From a virus, in IMG/VR virus record IMGVR_UViG_3300005468_000016, positions 28,076-92,075 of that record: 64,000 nt of DNA, one strand, 5' to 3'. Positions within the stretch are counted from its first letter, which is position 1; each line of letters begins with the position of its first letter. Positions 28,721 to 38,202 of the stretch are shown here, one piece after another. The translations under genes and the position numbers were made by a program. The notes beneath the pieces are model-generated. The model did no database searches, had not been told where the DNA came from, and saw only the letters and a program-made list of their open reading frames with translations.

Positions 28721-29383
28721 ATGAAGGTCATTTCGGGATTCGTGAAGTCTCTGCTCTCGACGGGCGGCACAACCCCCGTTCCGAACCGGAAGATCTACGC
28801 GGTCCCGACACCCATCTCTGCCCAGTTCCTTGTCGGCGGAAACTGGCTGCCCATCTTCCGCAACACCGGCATCACCGACCCGCTACTACAACTCGGCATC
28901 GAAACGCTGACCGGCCTGGATGGTCGTTTCACCTTCATGCTGCCGCAACTCAGCGAAACGTGGGAACCGCAAAGCCTGCCCGTGTCTTGGAATGTGATCG
29001 ATCCCATCACGGGGACGGTCTATTTCGGACAGGTACTCGACGGCATCCCGGCGATTGGCGGCGCGGACCTCAAGACGCTGGTCACGACCTATAACTGGAT
29101 CGTCAAGTCCATCCTACAAGTAAGCGGGCAAGATGGACCCCAGCGGCGCGGAGTGCTCCCCTTCACATCGAGCAGTGGACTTGAGCAAATCCAGGCGCTC
29201 CTCCCGCCGCTTCCGACTGCGGCCTATGTCCCCGTCGTGAGCAATGCCGTAGACAGCGTCATGGAAGACAACTACACCGCCTACGTTCTTCCGAATTGGA
29301 CCGCCAGCCAGTTCGTGATCCGCATCTCCTCCCCGGTGCCAGTCGGGCGAACCGTGGGGATTCCCTGGCACGTCATCGGGTAG
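28721..29383 (+). CDS. Putative structural protein
   Basis: Co-oriented, beta-rich, ends 'IPWHVIG'. Confidence 0.55.
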   Translation: MKVISGFVKSLLSTGGTTPVPNRKIYAVPTPISAQFLVGGNWLPIFRNTGITDPLLQLGIETLTGLDGRFTFMLPQLSETWEPQSLPVSWNVIDPITGTVYFGQVLDGIPAIGGADLKTLVTTYNWIVKSILQVSGQDGPQRRGVLPFTSSSGLEQIQALLPPLPTAAYVPVVSNAVDSVMEDNYTAYVLPNWTASQFVIRISSPVPVGRTVGIPWHVIG

Positions 29384-29414
29384 AAACAAACCGTCCAATA
29401 AGGAGTTCCGTACC

Positions 29415-29822
29415 ATGGCCAATTACCTCGCATCCTTCCTCTTCAACCTCAACTACACCGGGCCGAGCAATGAGCCGCTCACGATGCAGCCCGAGTCCGT
29501 GAACGCGCCCTATGCCGCGCTGAACGAAGGCATCATGGACATTCCGGACGGCACCGCCTCATCGACGACGTTCCCGGTCCCGTTCGGCACCATCACCGCC
29601 AACGCGACCGGCGGCATCATCGTAAACCGGACCGGGCAGAACCTGGAGATGAAGATCAACGGCGCGGCGTCGGCGAGCCATTCGATTCCGCAGGGCGGCG
29701 TGTTCGCGTGGTCCAATCCGGCCACGACCAGCCTGCCCATCACGGCGATCGATCTCACCACGACCGCTGGCCAGGTCGGACAAGGCCAGGTCGCCTACCG
29801 TCTGTTTGGCGACCCGATCTAG
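29415..29822 (+). CDS. Putative small beta-rich structural protein
   Basis: AGGAG RBS; last + gene of the module. Confidence 0.6.
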   Translation: MANYLASFLFNLNYTGPSNEPLTMQPESVNAPYAALNEGIMDIPDGTASSTTFPVPFGTITANATGGIIVNRTGQNLEMKINGAASASHSIPQGGVFAWSNPATTSLPITAIDLTTTAGQVGQGQVAYRLFGDPI

Positions 29823-30160
29823 TCCACCCGCTTGCTGACCTCGCTATAGATCGGACGGCGCTTGAACTCGGCAAGTAGCGCGTCCTCGGATTTGTAGCCG
29901 CGCCCCTCCTCGACGTTGTAGGCGATCAACCCCTCCTTAAACGCCAGCCGCTGCATTTCGTTTGAGAATGCGAACGCCCTCATGTGGTTGGCCATCGTCT
30001 GGGTATCGTGGCGCTTCGGGAACGCGGCGACCACTCGACCGCCCCATTCTTCGGCGTGAACCATGGCCGTTGAATGAAGGGCGGCGCGGGCGTGCTGGTA
30101 GTCGAGATCGGCCGGCGTGAACTCGTACATCTTCATGGGTTGGTGGCGGTCGATGAACAT
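29819..30160 (-). CDS. Hypothetical protein
   Basis: AAGGAG RBS; 113 aa. Confidence 0.6.
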   Translation of the reverse strand: MFIDRHQPMKMYEFTPADLDYQHARAALHSTAMVHAEEWGGRVVAAFPKRHDTQTMANHMRAFAFSNEMQRLAFKEGLIAYNVEEGRGYKSEDALLAEFKRRPIYSEVSKRVD

Positions 30161-30175
30161 GGGACTCCTTTGTGG

Positions 30176-30319
30176 TTACGGGATCGGGATGATTCCGGCG
30201 AGCAGGACGGCAAGGACGACGATAAGTAGCAAGCCCGCCGCCACACCATGGAGTTTGTGCCATCCGTTGGGCTTCCAATCGGGCGGCAGTCGTCGGCCGG
30301 TGCGAACGAAGGCGCTCAT
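30176..30319 (-). CDS. Small membrane protein (47 aa, not in ORF track)
   Basis: MSAFVRTGRRLPPDWKPNGWHKLHGVAAGLLLIVVLAVLLAGIIPIP; ATGA-coupled to upstream remnant. Confidence 0.5.
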   Translation of the reverse strand: MSAFVRTGRRLPPDWKPNGWHKLHGVAAGLLLIVVLAVLLAGIIPIP

Positions 30320-30496
30320 GATGCTGCTTCTGTCGGCGTCCATCCGGTGGACATCTTGCGCATCACTGCGCGCAGGATTTTTCTTCCCCGCTCCATTCCT
30401 GCATTGTCACTGAATGTTACAGGCACCACATATTGGCGATTATGCACTTGACAAAGCAGACCCTGCGCCCCGTCGGTGGCTCGACGGCGCGACAGG

Positions 30497-30688
30497 CTAG
30501 GATTCCTTTTTCTGGGACTTCGCGGGCTTGGGAGTCTGCGCGGCTTCATCCGCAACGCGCGCAGGAGTCCGTAGCGCGATCTTGAGGGATTCCCGAAAGC
30601 GGGCTTCTACTTCCGCTTCTTCTTCCGGAGTGAGTGCTTGCGGCGCTTCCGGTGTCTGCTGGGGCTTGTCTGCCTTGGACTTAGCCAT
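30497..30688 (-). CDS. Small IS-associated protein
   Basis: MAKSKADKP...RFRESLKIALRTP; resembles short ORFs often found downstream of IS1595 transposases. Confidence 0.5.
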   Translation of the reverse strand: MAKSKADKPQQTPEAPQALTPEEEAEVEARFRESLKIALRTPARVADEAAQTPKPAKSQKKES

Positions 30689-30696
30689 AGCGTCAC

Positions 30697-31116
30697 CTAT
30701 ACCACATCGGCGCTTCGCCTGCCCCACCACAGCCAACCCGGAAAGCGCGAGACATCCACCGCTGCCATGCGCCCGACGAAGTCTGCGAAGGGTTCGCGGA
30801 TCAGGTAGACATCGACCTCGTCGAAATCCCAAGCCGCAGCGATGGCCCGGCAGAGGTTGATAGCCAGCGTCCACCGCTCGGCATTCGTCAGCGCCTGCAC
30901 ATCCACCCCGAGCACGCGATCATCACGCAACGCGGCGCCGTAGCCGTGCCACATGACGTTACCGATGAACGCGCGGGCGATGGCAAGCACGGGTTCGTAG
31001 GGCTTGAGGTCCGTCTGACCGTCCAGGCTGTCGAGGATGGCCTTTAACAGCCGTTCGACGACGGCGAAGCGGCAGGGGTTAGACCACGTCGAGAAGTCCA
31101 GCGTCGGTGGGTTCAT
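30697..31116 (-). CDS. Hypothetical IS passenger protein
   Basis: AAGGAG RBS before ATG 31116. Confidence 0.6.
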   Translation of the reverse strand: MNPPTLDFSTWSNPCRFAVVERLLKAILDSLDGQTDLKPYEPVLAIARAFIGNVMWHGYGAALRDDRVLGVDVQALTNAERWTLAINLCRAIAAAWDFDEVDVYLIREPFADFVGRMAAVDVSRFPGWLWWGRRSADVV

Positions 31117-31277
31117 GGGCTTGCTCCTTTGCCTGTCCATGGTCCGCTTGCTGCCTGTTTCTGTCACGTTTTTTATTTCAGATATACATATCGCGTCGCT
31201 ATTTATAAGTTTCTGTACTGTAATTTATTGCCGTGTTATGTTGTTGACCGGATACCCGAAAAACCTACGCTGCGCCC

Positions 31278-31532
31278 GTGCCTCGCCCCCCTGCCAAGCG
31301 GCCTCAACAGGTAGCTCGCCCGAGTCTCGGGCCAGGGCAGGCTGACCGTCTGCGTCGCACACGGGAAACAAAAGGCTACAGTTTGCGCGACCTCGCTGCC
31401 GCCGCTGGTGTGACGACGGGCGCGATTCAGGCCATTGAGGCGGGGCGCAAGGGCAAGACAAGCTGTGAGGTCATGGCCTCGCTTGCGGATGCTCTCGGGG
31501 TTCCCCGAGGGTGGTTGGCGTTTGGTGGATAG
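31278..31532 (+). CDS. XRE-family HTH regulator (IS passenger)
   Basis: 'RLRRTRETKGYSLRDLAAAAGV...IEAG...LADALGV..WL'; promoter TTGACC-N16-TACGCT-N6-GTG. Confidence 0.8.
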   Translation: MPRPPAKRPQQVARPSLGPGQADRLRRTRETKGYSLRDLAAAAGVTTGAIQAIEAGRKGKTSCEVMASLADALGVPRGWLAFGG

Positions 31533-31544
31533 GAAAAGTGAAAA

Positions 31545-32582
31545 ATGGGAAAAACCGGTCAGGTTGCCGCTTCTTCATTGCCAAGTCAAGATCCAAATGC
31601 TAAGAGAGACGCCATGAGTAGCATGACGGTGTGCATCGCCTATGATGGCGAGGGATTGCGCGATGGAGCAACGCCGAACTCCATGAATGTGCGTGATTTA
31701 GCGCCAGCTCTTATTGCCTTTGCCGATATGTTTGAAGAATGCAATAAAGTGCTCCACGGCAACGAGGCGCCTCCTGTCAATGTTAAAATAATCCCAGATT
31801 TCCAACCTGGCTCTTTCGAGGTATATCTCAATATTGCGCAAGGGCCAATTAGAGACTTGCTGATGTGGTTTTCTGACGGACAGCCAGCAGGTCTTGCCAA
31901 TTTGTTCGATATTCTGCTTGGGATTACCACCACTGGTACTTCTACTGCCATTGGCGTTTTTGCGGCCATTAAGTGGATTAAAGGACGAAGGGTTCAGAAG
32001 ACCGAGTTATTGAGCGATGGAAATATGCAGATAGTTGTTGAGGGGGAGAATTTGATCGTTAGACGCGATGTTGCCACCGTCCTAAGCGATGCGCGGGTGC
32101 GCCAAGCGATTATGAACACACTGTTGCCATTAAGAAGAGATGATATCGATACGTTTGAAATACGCCTCGAACCCAAGAAAAAAAGGAAAGTACCATTACC
32201 GCCAATTGAGATTGTTCGCAAATCAGAATTGCTCATGTTTGAGCCCCCGCCCCCGGTCCCGGTAGCTCCGTCGCAGGTTGTTCAAAATACATATGTTCAG
32301 TCGTTTACGATTATTTCTCCAGTCTTCAAGGATGGCAACAAATGGCAAGTTTCAGATGGGACTAATAGCATTAAAGTAACCATTGATGATCCAGAGTTTA
32401 TGGAAAGAGTAAATAGCCGTGAAATAAATTTTGCAAAAGAGGATATAATCATATGCTCAGTTCAACAAGAACAGACATCGAGTCCGGACGGACTAAAAAC
32501 TACGTATTCAATTAAGAAGGTGCTTGAACACAAGCGCATACCCCGTCAGGTCGTTTTGCCATTCCCGATTGACCGGAAGTAG
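31545..32582 (+). CDS. Low-GC conserved hypothetical passenger protein (start possibly 31614)
   Basis: AT-rich codon usage; 'MNVRDLAPAL', 'PGSFEV', 'FKDGNKWQVSDG...IDDPEF...FAKED'. Confidence 0.75.
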   Translation: MGKTGQVAASSLPSQDPNAKRDAMSSMTVCIAYDGEGLRDGATPNSMNVRDLAPALIAFADMFEECNKVLHGNEAPPVNVKIIPDFQPGSFEVYLNIAQGPIRDLLMWFSDGQPAGLANLFDILLGITTTGTSTAIGVFAAIKWIKGRRVQKTELLSDGNMQIVVEGENLIVRRDVATVLSDARVRQAIMNTLLPLRRDDIDTFEIRLEPKKKRKVPLPPIEIVRKSELLMFEPPPPVPVAPSQVVQNTYVQSFTIISPVFKDGNKWQVSDGTNSIKVTIDDPEFMERVNSREINFAKEDIIICSVQQEQTSSPDGLKTTYSIKKVLEHKRIPRQVVLPFPIDRK

Positions 32583-32607
32583 TTGCGCGCGTTACTTCCA
32601 CAGCGCA

Positions 32608-33594
32608 TCAAACCACAGCCCCCGCCCTGGCCTTCCCCTTCATGGGCTTGAGGGTCAGCCGCCGCCCTTCCATCTTGCCCAGTCCGCCCACGGTACGCTC
32701 GCCATCCGTGACCTTGCGGGTGTTGTACTTGTAGTCAAGTTCGGCCATATAGAGGCTCAGGTGCTTGCGGCCGACGTGATGGTGGGTGCCGTCCATGCTG
32801 CGCTTGCTGTTGCCGAAGAACCCTTCGGCGGTGTTCGTGGTCGCCAAGCGGCCAGTTTCGAGGTCGTGCCGCGCGTACTCTTCTTCCGAGTGGTTGACGG
32901 TCAGGTGCGACTTGAAGCGCTTGCCCGGTTCGTCGTAGATGGGGCTCTCGTCGGTGTTCAGGTGCGCCTTCTTCGATACGTGCGTCACCAGAACAGCGTT
33001 TACTTCGGCGCTGCTCACGCGATCGGCGCCGATGACTTGCGAGCGGACGTTGCCACCGCGCTCTACCACGCTCACCACGGCGGTCTTGTTGCCGACGTAG
33101 CCACGGCCCTTGCCGCGAGCCTTGCCGCCCACGTACATCTCGTCGCACTCCACTTCGCCCTTCAGCTTGGCCGGTCCCAGCTCGGCCATGGTGAAGCGGA
33201 TGCGGTGGCACATGTGCCATGCGCTGCGGTAGCTGCCGATCTCCAACATGCGCTGAATCTGGAGGGCGCTCACCTGCGTTTTGGCAGAGGACAGGAGGTA
33301 GTAGGCAATCAGCCACTTGTTGAGCGGGATATGGGAGTCCTCGAAAATCGTTCCCACGGTCACGCTGAACTGCTTGCGGCAAGTCGGGATGTTGCACTGG
33401 TACAGACCTGCACGGTGCGCCTTCCCTTCCAGTTTGGTCGCATCGTTGATCGCGCCGCACTGCGCGCACACGACACCATCCGGCCAGCGGATCTCCTCTA
33501 GGAGTGCGCGGGCGGCTTCCTCGGTAGAGAACCGCTTCATGAGCGTGATCAGGGTGAGGTCAGCGGCGGCGGGGTGGGTTTTCGTGCTCGACAT
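32608..33594 (-). CDS. IS1595-family (ISXO2-like) DDE transposase
   Basis: Zn ribbon 'RWPDGVVCAQCG...YQC...CRKQFSVTVGTIFEDS'; 'VECDEMYVGGK', 'TDE', 'TNTAEGFF', 'YMAELDYKYN'. Confidence 0.95.
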   Translation of the reverse strand: MSSTKTHPAAADLTLITLMKRFSTEEAARALLEEIRWPDGVVCAQCGAINDATKLEGKAHRAGLYQCNIPTCRKQFSVTVGTIFEDSHIPLNKWLIAYYLLSSAKTQVSALQIQRMLEIGSYRSAWHMCHRIRFTMAELGPAKLKGEVECDEMYVGGKARGKGRGYVGNKTAVVSVVERGGNVRSQVIGADRVSSAEVNAVLVTHVSKKAHLNTDESPIYDEPGKRFKSHLTVNHSEEEYARHDLETGRLATTNTAEGFFGNSKRSMDGTHHHVGRKHLSLYMAELDYKYNTRKVTDGERTVGGLGKMEGRRLTLKPMKGKARAGAVV

Positions 33595-33642
33595 ACCTAC
33601 AATCTAGGCCCGTCGGTGTGCTTTGTCAAGTGCATAATCGCC

Positions 33643-33932
33643 CTAGGTTTTGGTTGGCCAGTCACCCGCACGAGGCGGTGCTTGCTGGGGCTTCCCAGGG
33701 CAATGACATCGCCCGCCCTTACACCGTCGTCGAACTGCGGGTAACACATCGTGACGATATTCGCGACACGGTCAACCCATCCATCGTCGGGGTGCGCGGC
33801 CTTCACGTCATTAGCCCTGAGCATCGTCCGCCAAGCGTCGAGCTTGGCTTGCTCGGCCAAACAGATATCGCGCCACGACTGGACGAATCGTTGCTCGCCG
33901 GAACAGAGGCCGATCATCTCTTTAGGTTCCAT
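33643..33932 (-). pseudogene. Phage gene interrupted at its 3' end by the IS
   Basis: ORF 'AAHPDDGWVDR...YPQFDDG' runs into the right inverted repeat. Confidence 0.6.
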
Positions 33933-34188
33933 GAGTCTCCCCCGCCGCCAGCCAGCCGACGGTGCATTTCAGCGCCTTGGCCATCGTCACCACTGCATCG
34001 AGCGGCGGTAGATCGTTACCGATCTCCCACTTTGCGACTTGCGACTGAGCCACAAGGGCCACGCTGGCTAGTTGTTGCTGTGTAAAGTCTGCCTTGATTC
34101 TCGCCTGATAGAGACGAGCGGCGAAGTCTTTGGCGAGTTTCTCACGCCCTCTTGACTGCCCATTTTTCCGACCCGTTGGCCTGCCCAT
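33922..34188 (-). CDS. XRE/CI-Cro-like HTH repressor
   Basis: 'FAARLYQARIKADFTQQQLA...QSQVAKWEIG..PP...MAKAL...WL'. Confidence 0.85.
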   Translation of the reverse strand: MGRPTGRKNGQSRGREKLAKDFAARLYQARIKADFTQQQLASVALVAQSQVAKWEIGNDLPPLDAVVTMAKALKCTVGWLAAGETHGT

Positions 34189-34194
34189 GGGAAC

Positions 34195-34301
34195 AATCTA
34201 TGCCTAGCCGCTTCTTTTGGCAAGAATTAAAAATTATCTTCGTCGCTGAGTGTCGATTTTATTATTTTATCATTGACACATCGCTCGCCCCGTTGCATCT
34301 T
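34195..34301. promoter_or_regulatory. Divergent promoter pair (genetic-switch-like region)
   Basis: Minus: TTGCCA(34223-34218)-N17-TAGATT(34200-34195)-N6-ATG. Plus: TTGACA(34273-34278)-N17-CATCTT(34296-34301)-N6-ATG(34308). AT-rich spacer between. Confidence 0.7.
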
Positions 34302-34307
34302 CTGTCC

Positions 34308-37300
34308 ATGATCGCGACGCAAACCCAGACCACACAAACCGTAAAACGCCCCGGCCGCTGGTTCTTCTGCGCGATCGTCAAAGAGAGCGACACCCTGAAG
34401 CGCGGTGGGACCTCTGCCGCTCGCCGTCTCGCCGATGGCCGCTACGAAGTCCACAGCGCGGGCAAGAAATCGATACTGTCCAGCCAAGACGCAGCGCTTC
34501 ACCTCAAGTCCGAGCGGGCGCGGGGCGAAGTGATGTACCTGAACGCTACCGAGGTCGCGGATGTTGATGGCGGGCGGTGGCAGGTGGGGAGTAACTAGAT
34601 GCGCAACCTAGCCGGCAGAGCGGACTGCGACCGATTCATCACGAAGGAACTCCACAAGGCGAGCATCCCAATCGTCGCGGTCGATAGGACTGGGAAAGAA
34701 GTTTCCGCCAGTCTGGGCGGGCGACTCGGGTCGTTCACCTTCCATCGGGCTTGGTATTACTGGGTGGTTGAGGGGTTGGTGCCGCTCCATGTGGCTAAGC
34801 GAATGCACAGACATCGAGCGGGCAAGCGAGTCCGTGTTGCTGGTCACTGCGGAGCGCCTCATCCGAATCAATGGACCGAGCGCGTTCTGTCGAATGGCGG
34901 GCGTGTCTGGCCGAGTTCTCATAAGGCCAAATGGGATGAATTTGTCGCTAGGCATCCCGAACTAAAGAATAACGATGTTTTCAGCGACGATCCGGCGCTC
35001 GGCCAGCGCTACGTCACCAATTATCACATCGACACGGCGGAAGGTTTGCGCCTCTTCGCCAAAATGGTCCGCAGGTATGGGCTAGACGGGAGCACGAAAT
35101 GACCGCTCTCAGACCACCACCGACGGACGCTCAGATCCTGATGACCATGCTCGCTCATTGCACTCGGTGCGGTGCGATTCACGATGGATACACTCCCTGT
35201 CTTCCTGGGGAGAAAACCCCAGCCGAGAAAGCCGGAATTCCGCCCATCAGCGAGAAGACGCAGGCAAAGACAAATGTCGTGAAAAACGATAAGGCGCGCA
35301 AGGAATGGCTGGCGGGGCTCAAGGATGGCGACATCATCGCGTCCGAAGATGCGCACGGGGTCCGAGTCGGAAAGGTTTCACGCTCCGGATATAAGCGCGG
35401 CGGTGAATGTTTCTGGCTGAATGGGGCTCGCTACACGGTGGCGACTGGCAGGAAAATTACCCGTCCCGGCTATTCGAGCACCCTGGCATGGTTAATACCA
35501 GCGACTGACGAAATAAAGCGGACGCACGACATTACCCAGAAGCGCGAGCGCATTATTGCCTCGTGCTCCCATTCCGGACTGCGCGCCTTCACTGACGCCC
35601 AGATCCTCGCCATCGCCGCCATCCTGTGGCCATCCGAGGTGCAATCGTGACCCCCACAACCATCGCCCACGCCACCCCCGCCTATCTCCCGCCGTTCTAC
35701 GTGGCCTGGACCGAACCGGACGGCACGCGCAAAGCTGAGCGGTTCGCGTCTGAATTCGCCGCTCGGAAGGTGGCGGTTCGGGCGCTGGAAGCCGGCCGCA
35801 CGCAGGTCTCGGTTCTGCCGGTGCGGCGGATTGGGGGTGGGGAATGAGTCTCTGGGACGAGATCAAGGCGCTCGGCAAGGGGGAGTTGATTCCCCAGCAA
35901 GAAGCCCGGCTATCGGACTTGCTCGGTCAGCAAACCAAGCGCGGCGATTCTCTGCGCCCGCGCGTTCAGTGCTGCAAGGCTGGCGCAGAGGGACTTGAAG
36001 CGCGACTTCACCGCCCGTACGACTCCAACCACTACCCGACTCATGAGGCGCCATATTGGGCAGTCGGGGTGCGTGGCGAGCATGAGTACGAACCGCGGCG
36101 AGTTCGGTTCTGCCCCTGGTGCGCCGCGGAAGTTCCCGGTCTCGTCAAGCAGCCAGACCCAGCCGAGCACTACACCTGCTACTCGGATGGTGGCTATTAC
36201 TGCGACGAGTGCAGCGAACGGCTTCAGGGTTGCTTCTGTCTGCCTGCGGTCTGCGCTTGGAAGGTCAGGACATCATGAGTTTCTACCTCTCCCTCCCCGG
36301 CCCCCGCACCGTCAAACTCGCGGCCAGCACTGAGAACGGCGCGCGAATGGAAGCATCGACGAGCGGTGAGCACGCCAAACTGGTCACGTCGAGCGGACAG
36401 TGCGTGGCGACGTTGGTGGATGGGCGGTGGGTCGATGGGTTGACCGCGAGCGAGGATCGTAATGTCTAAACCCCTGGCATACCTAGAAGACGCAGAAGGT
36501 AAGCACGCCGTGCTCTTGCTTTCACGACCGAACGCGATCGGCCTGGTCGATGTCGAGTTTGACAGGACCGGAGAACGGCGGAGCGTGCCGGCGAGGTCGT
36601 TGCAGGCCAACAACGAGATAGCGGCAAAACTCCTGCGCGCGGCGGAATCGTTCGTATCTGTTCCGTCGATTCCCAAGCGCACCGACAGCTTTGATTCCGT
36701 CTTCTCATCTCTGCACGACCGATTGAGAAACGTAGGCGTTGAGCGGACAAAGCGGCCGGGAATCATCATCACCAGGACAACGGCCGGATCGTTGGTCGGC
36801 AATGCGTTTGGCGACTGTCCTGCCATGGTTCATGAATTCCGGCTGTTTTATTCTCGGAATGGCGATAACTACATCGTCAGAGCATGGCTCGATGAAGGAC
36901 TTAAGAGCGTCAAGGACTGGGTATTGCAGCATCAGATATCACCGCTTTCCGCGCCGCTGGTGATGCCGCCCACTCCCAAGCCATCACCCCCCCCAATCCC
37001 ATCACCGTCACGCGCGAAAGAAGTCAAGGCAACGATCCATCCGGTCCTGGGCATTGCCATGCGATATGTGAACCCCCTCCCTGAGCTTGAAACTGAATGC
37101 GGCAGTTTGTCCGCGGCGCGGCTACTCCTGCTTGACGCGAAACAGATTGAACAGCGTCCCGTTCCGGGAGCACTCATGGCGCTGGTCATGCGCATGCCAG
37201 ACGGGCGAGATCTGATCGTGCATGCGGCCAAGAAGTATCTTCGCGACAATTCCCAGCAGTGGGTGATTGCCATGAACCAGGCGGAGCTTGCAGCAGAGAT

Positions 37301-37370
37301 CGATCACGGCACCACAACCCGATGGGCCACTCGGGACGAGATCGCCATCGCGGCCGACGGTGACGCATGA
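34308..37370 (+). other. Early-type operon of hypothetical genes (34308-34598, 34599-35102, 35099-35650, about 35647-35847, 35844-36278 Zn-finger, about 36275-36469, 36462-37370)
   Basis: Abutting or overlapping ORFs downstream of the TTGACA promoter. Confidence 0.65.
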
Positions 37371-37575
37371 AATCCCAGTGGAACCACCTCGACGAATTCG
37401 ACGGCCAAGGCGCGATGCTGGCGCAGAATCAAAGCCCGTGGGTGCCGCTCTCGGTCACGATTACCGTCAGCCGGTTCGAGCGCGGACTTAGCGTGAAGAC
37501 GGAAGATCGCGAAAGACTGCTAAGAATCTTGTAACCATTGGGCAGCCAAGGACTGCCCAGCAACAAGGAGAAACA

Positions 37576-38134
37576 CATGAAGCCGTTTAGTTACCTCATC
37601 CTCGCCACAGCCATCCTCTTTGCCCCCAGCCTCTGCATGACCGGCTGTGGCCCGCAGACCCCCATCGGCACATTCGGCTATACCTACACCGACCCACCGC
37701 CGGACATGACCGTGGTCCCGCGCCTGAGCGTCGATGCCATGGGCGTGATCACCGACCGTCTGATGGACAGCCAAGCCTGCGTGTGGCTCTATAACAAGGC
37801 GTGCGAGAAGCGTTGCTTCCCCGTCGAGCCGATGTGGTCGGGGTGCTCGGCCGGGCCGCGGTGGTTCTGGTATACGCGCCAGGGCCTGACGGCACAGTTC
37901 AAGTGGGGTCGTCTGACGACGTGGCAAGATCCGAACTGTCGCGGTGAAAACACCTATACGATGGTCGATCTGACCTTCGTCACCGAGGACATGCGGCCCG
38001 CGGACATGCACGACTGCAAATACGAGTCATCGAGCTTCAGCCTGATCCTCAAGGACCGCAACTGGTACACCGCCGTCCCGAGCGACCTCCTGCCCGCCAC
38101 GACGGCCGATTTACCGCAAAAACCCGCGCCGTAA
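37576..38134 (+). CDS. Cys-rich lipoprotein
   Basis: AAGGAG RBS; 'MKPFSYLILATAILFAPSLCMTGC' lipobox; DM/DL motifs. Confidence 0.7.
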
Positions 38135-38202
38135 CGCCCTTTTCGTCTGAAGTTGGCATAGCTCTTGCCTAAAGCTTCGGCTTGGCGCAGACTCTTCTGC
38201 GC

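Larger units (their letters stand above)
30435..33642 (-). mobile_element. IS1595-family element carrying passenger genes
   Basis: Perfect 24-bp inverted repeats GGCGATTATGCACTTGACAAAGCA at 30435-30458 and 33619-33642 enclose an IS1595 transposase plus 4 ORFs. Confidence 0.9.
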
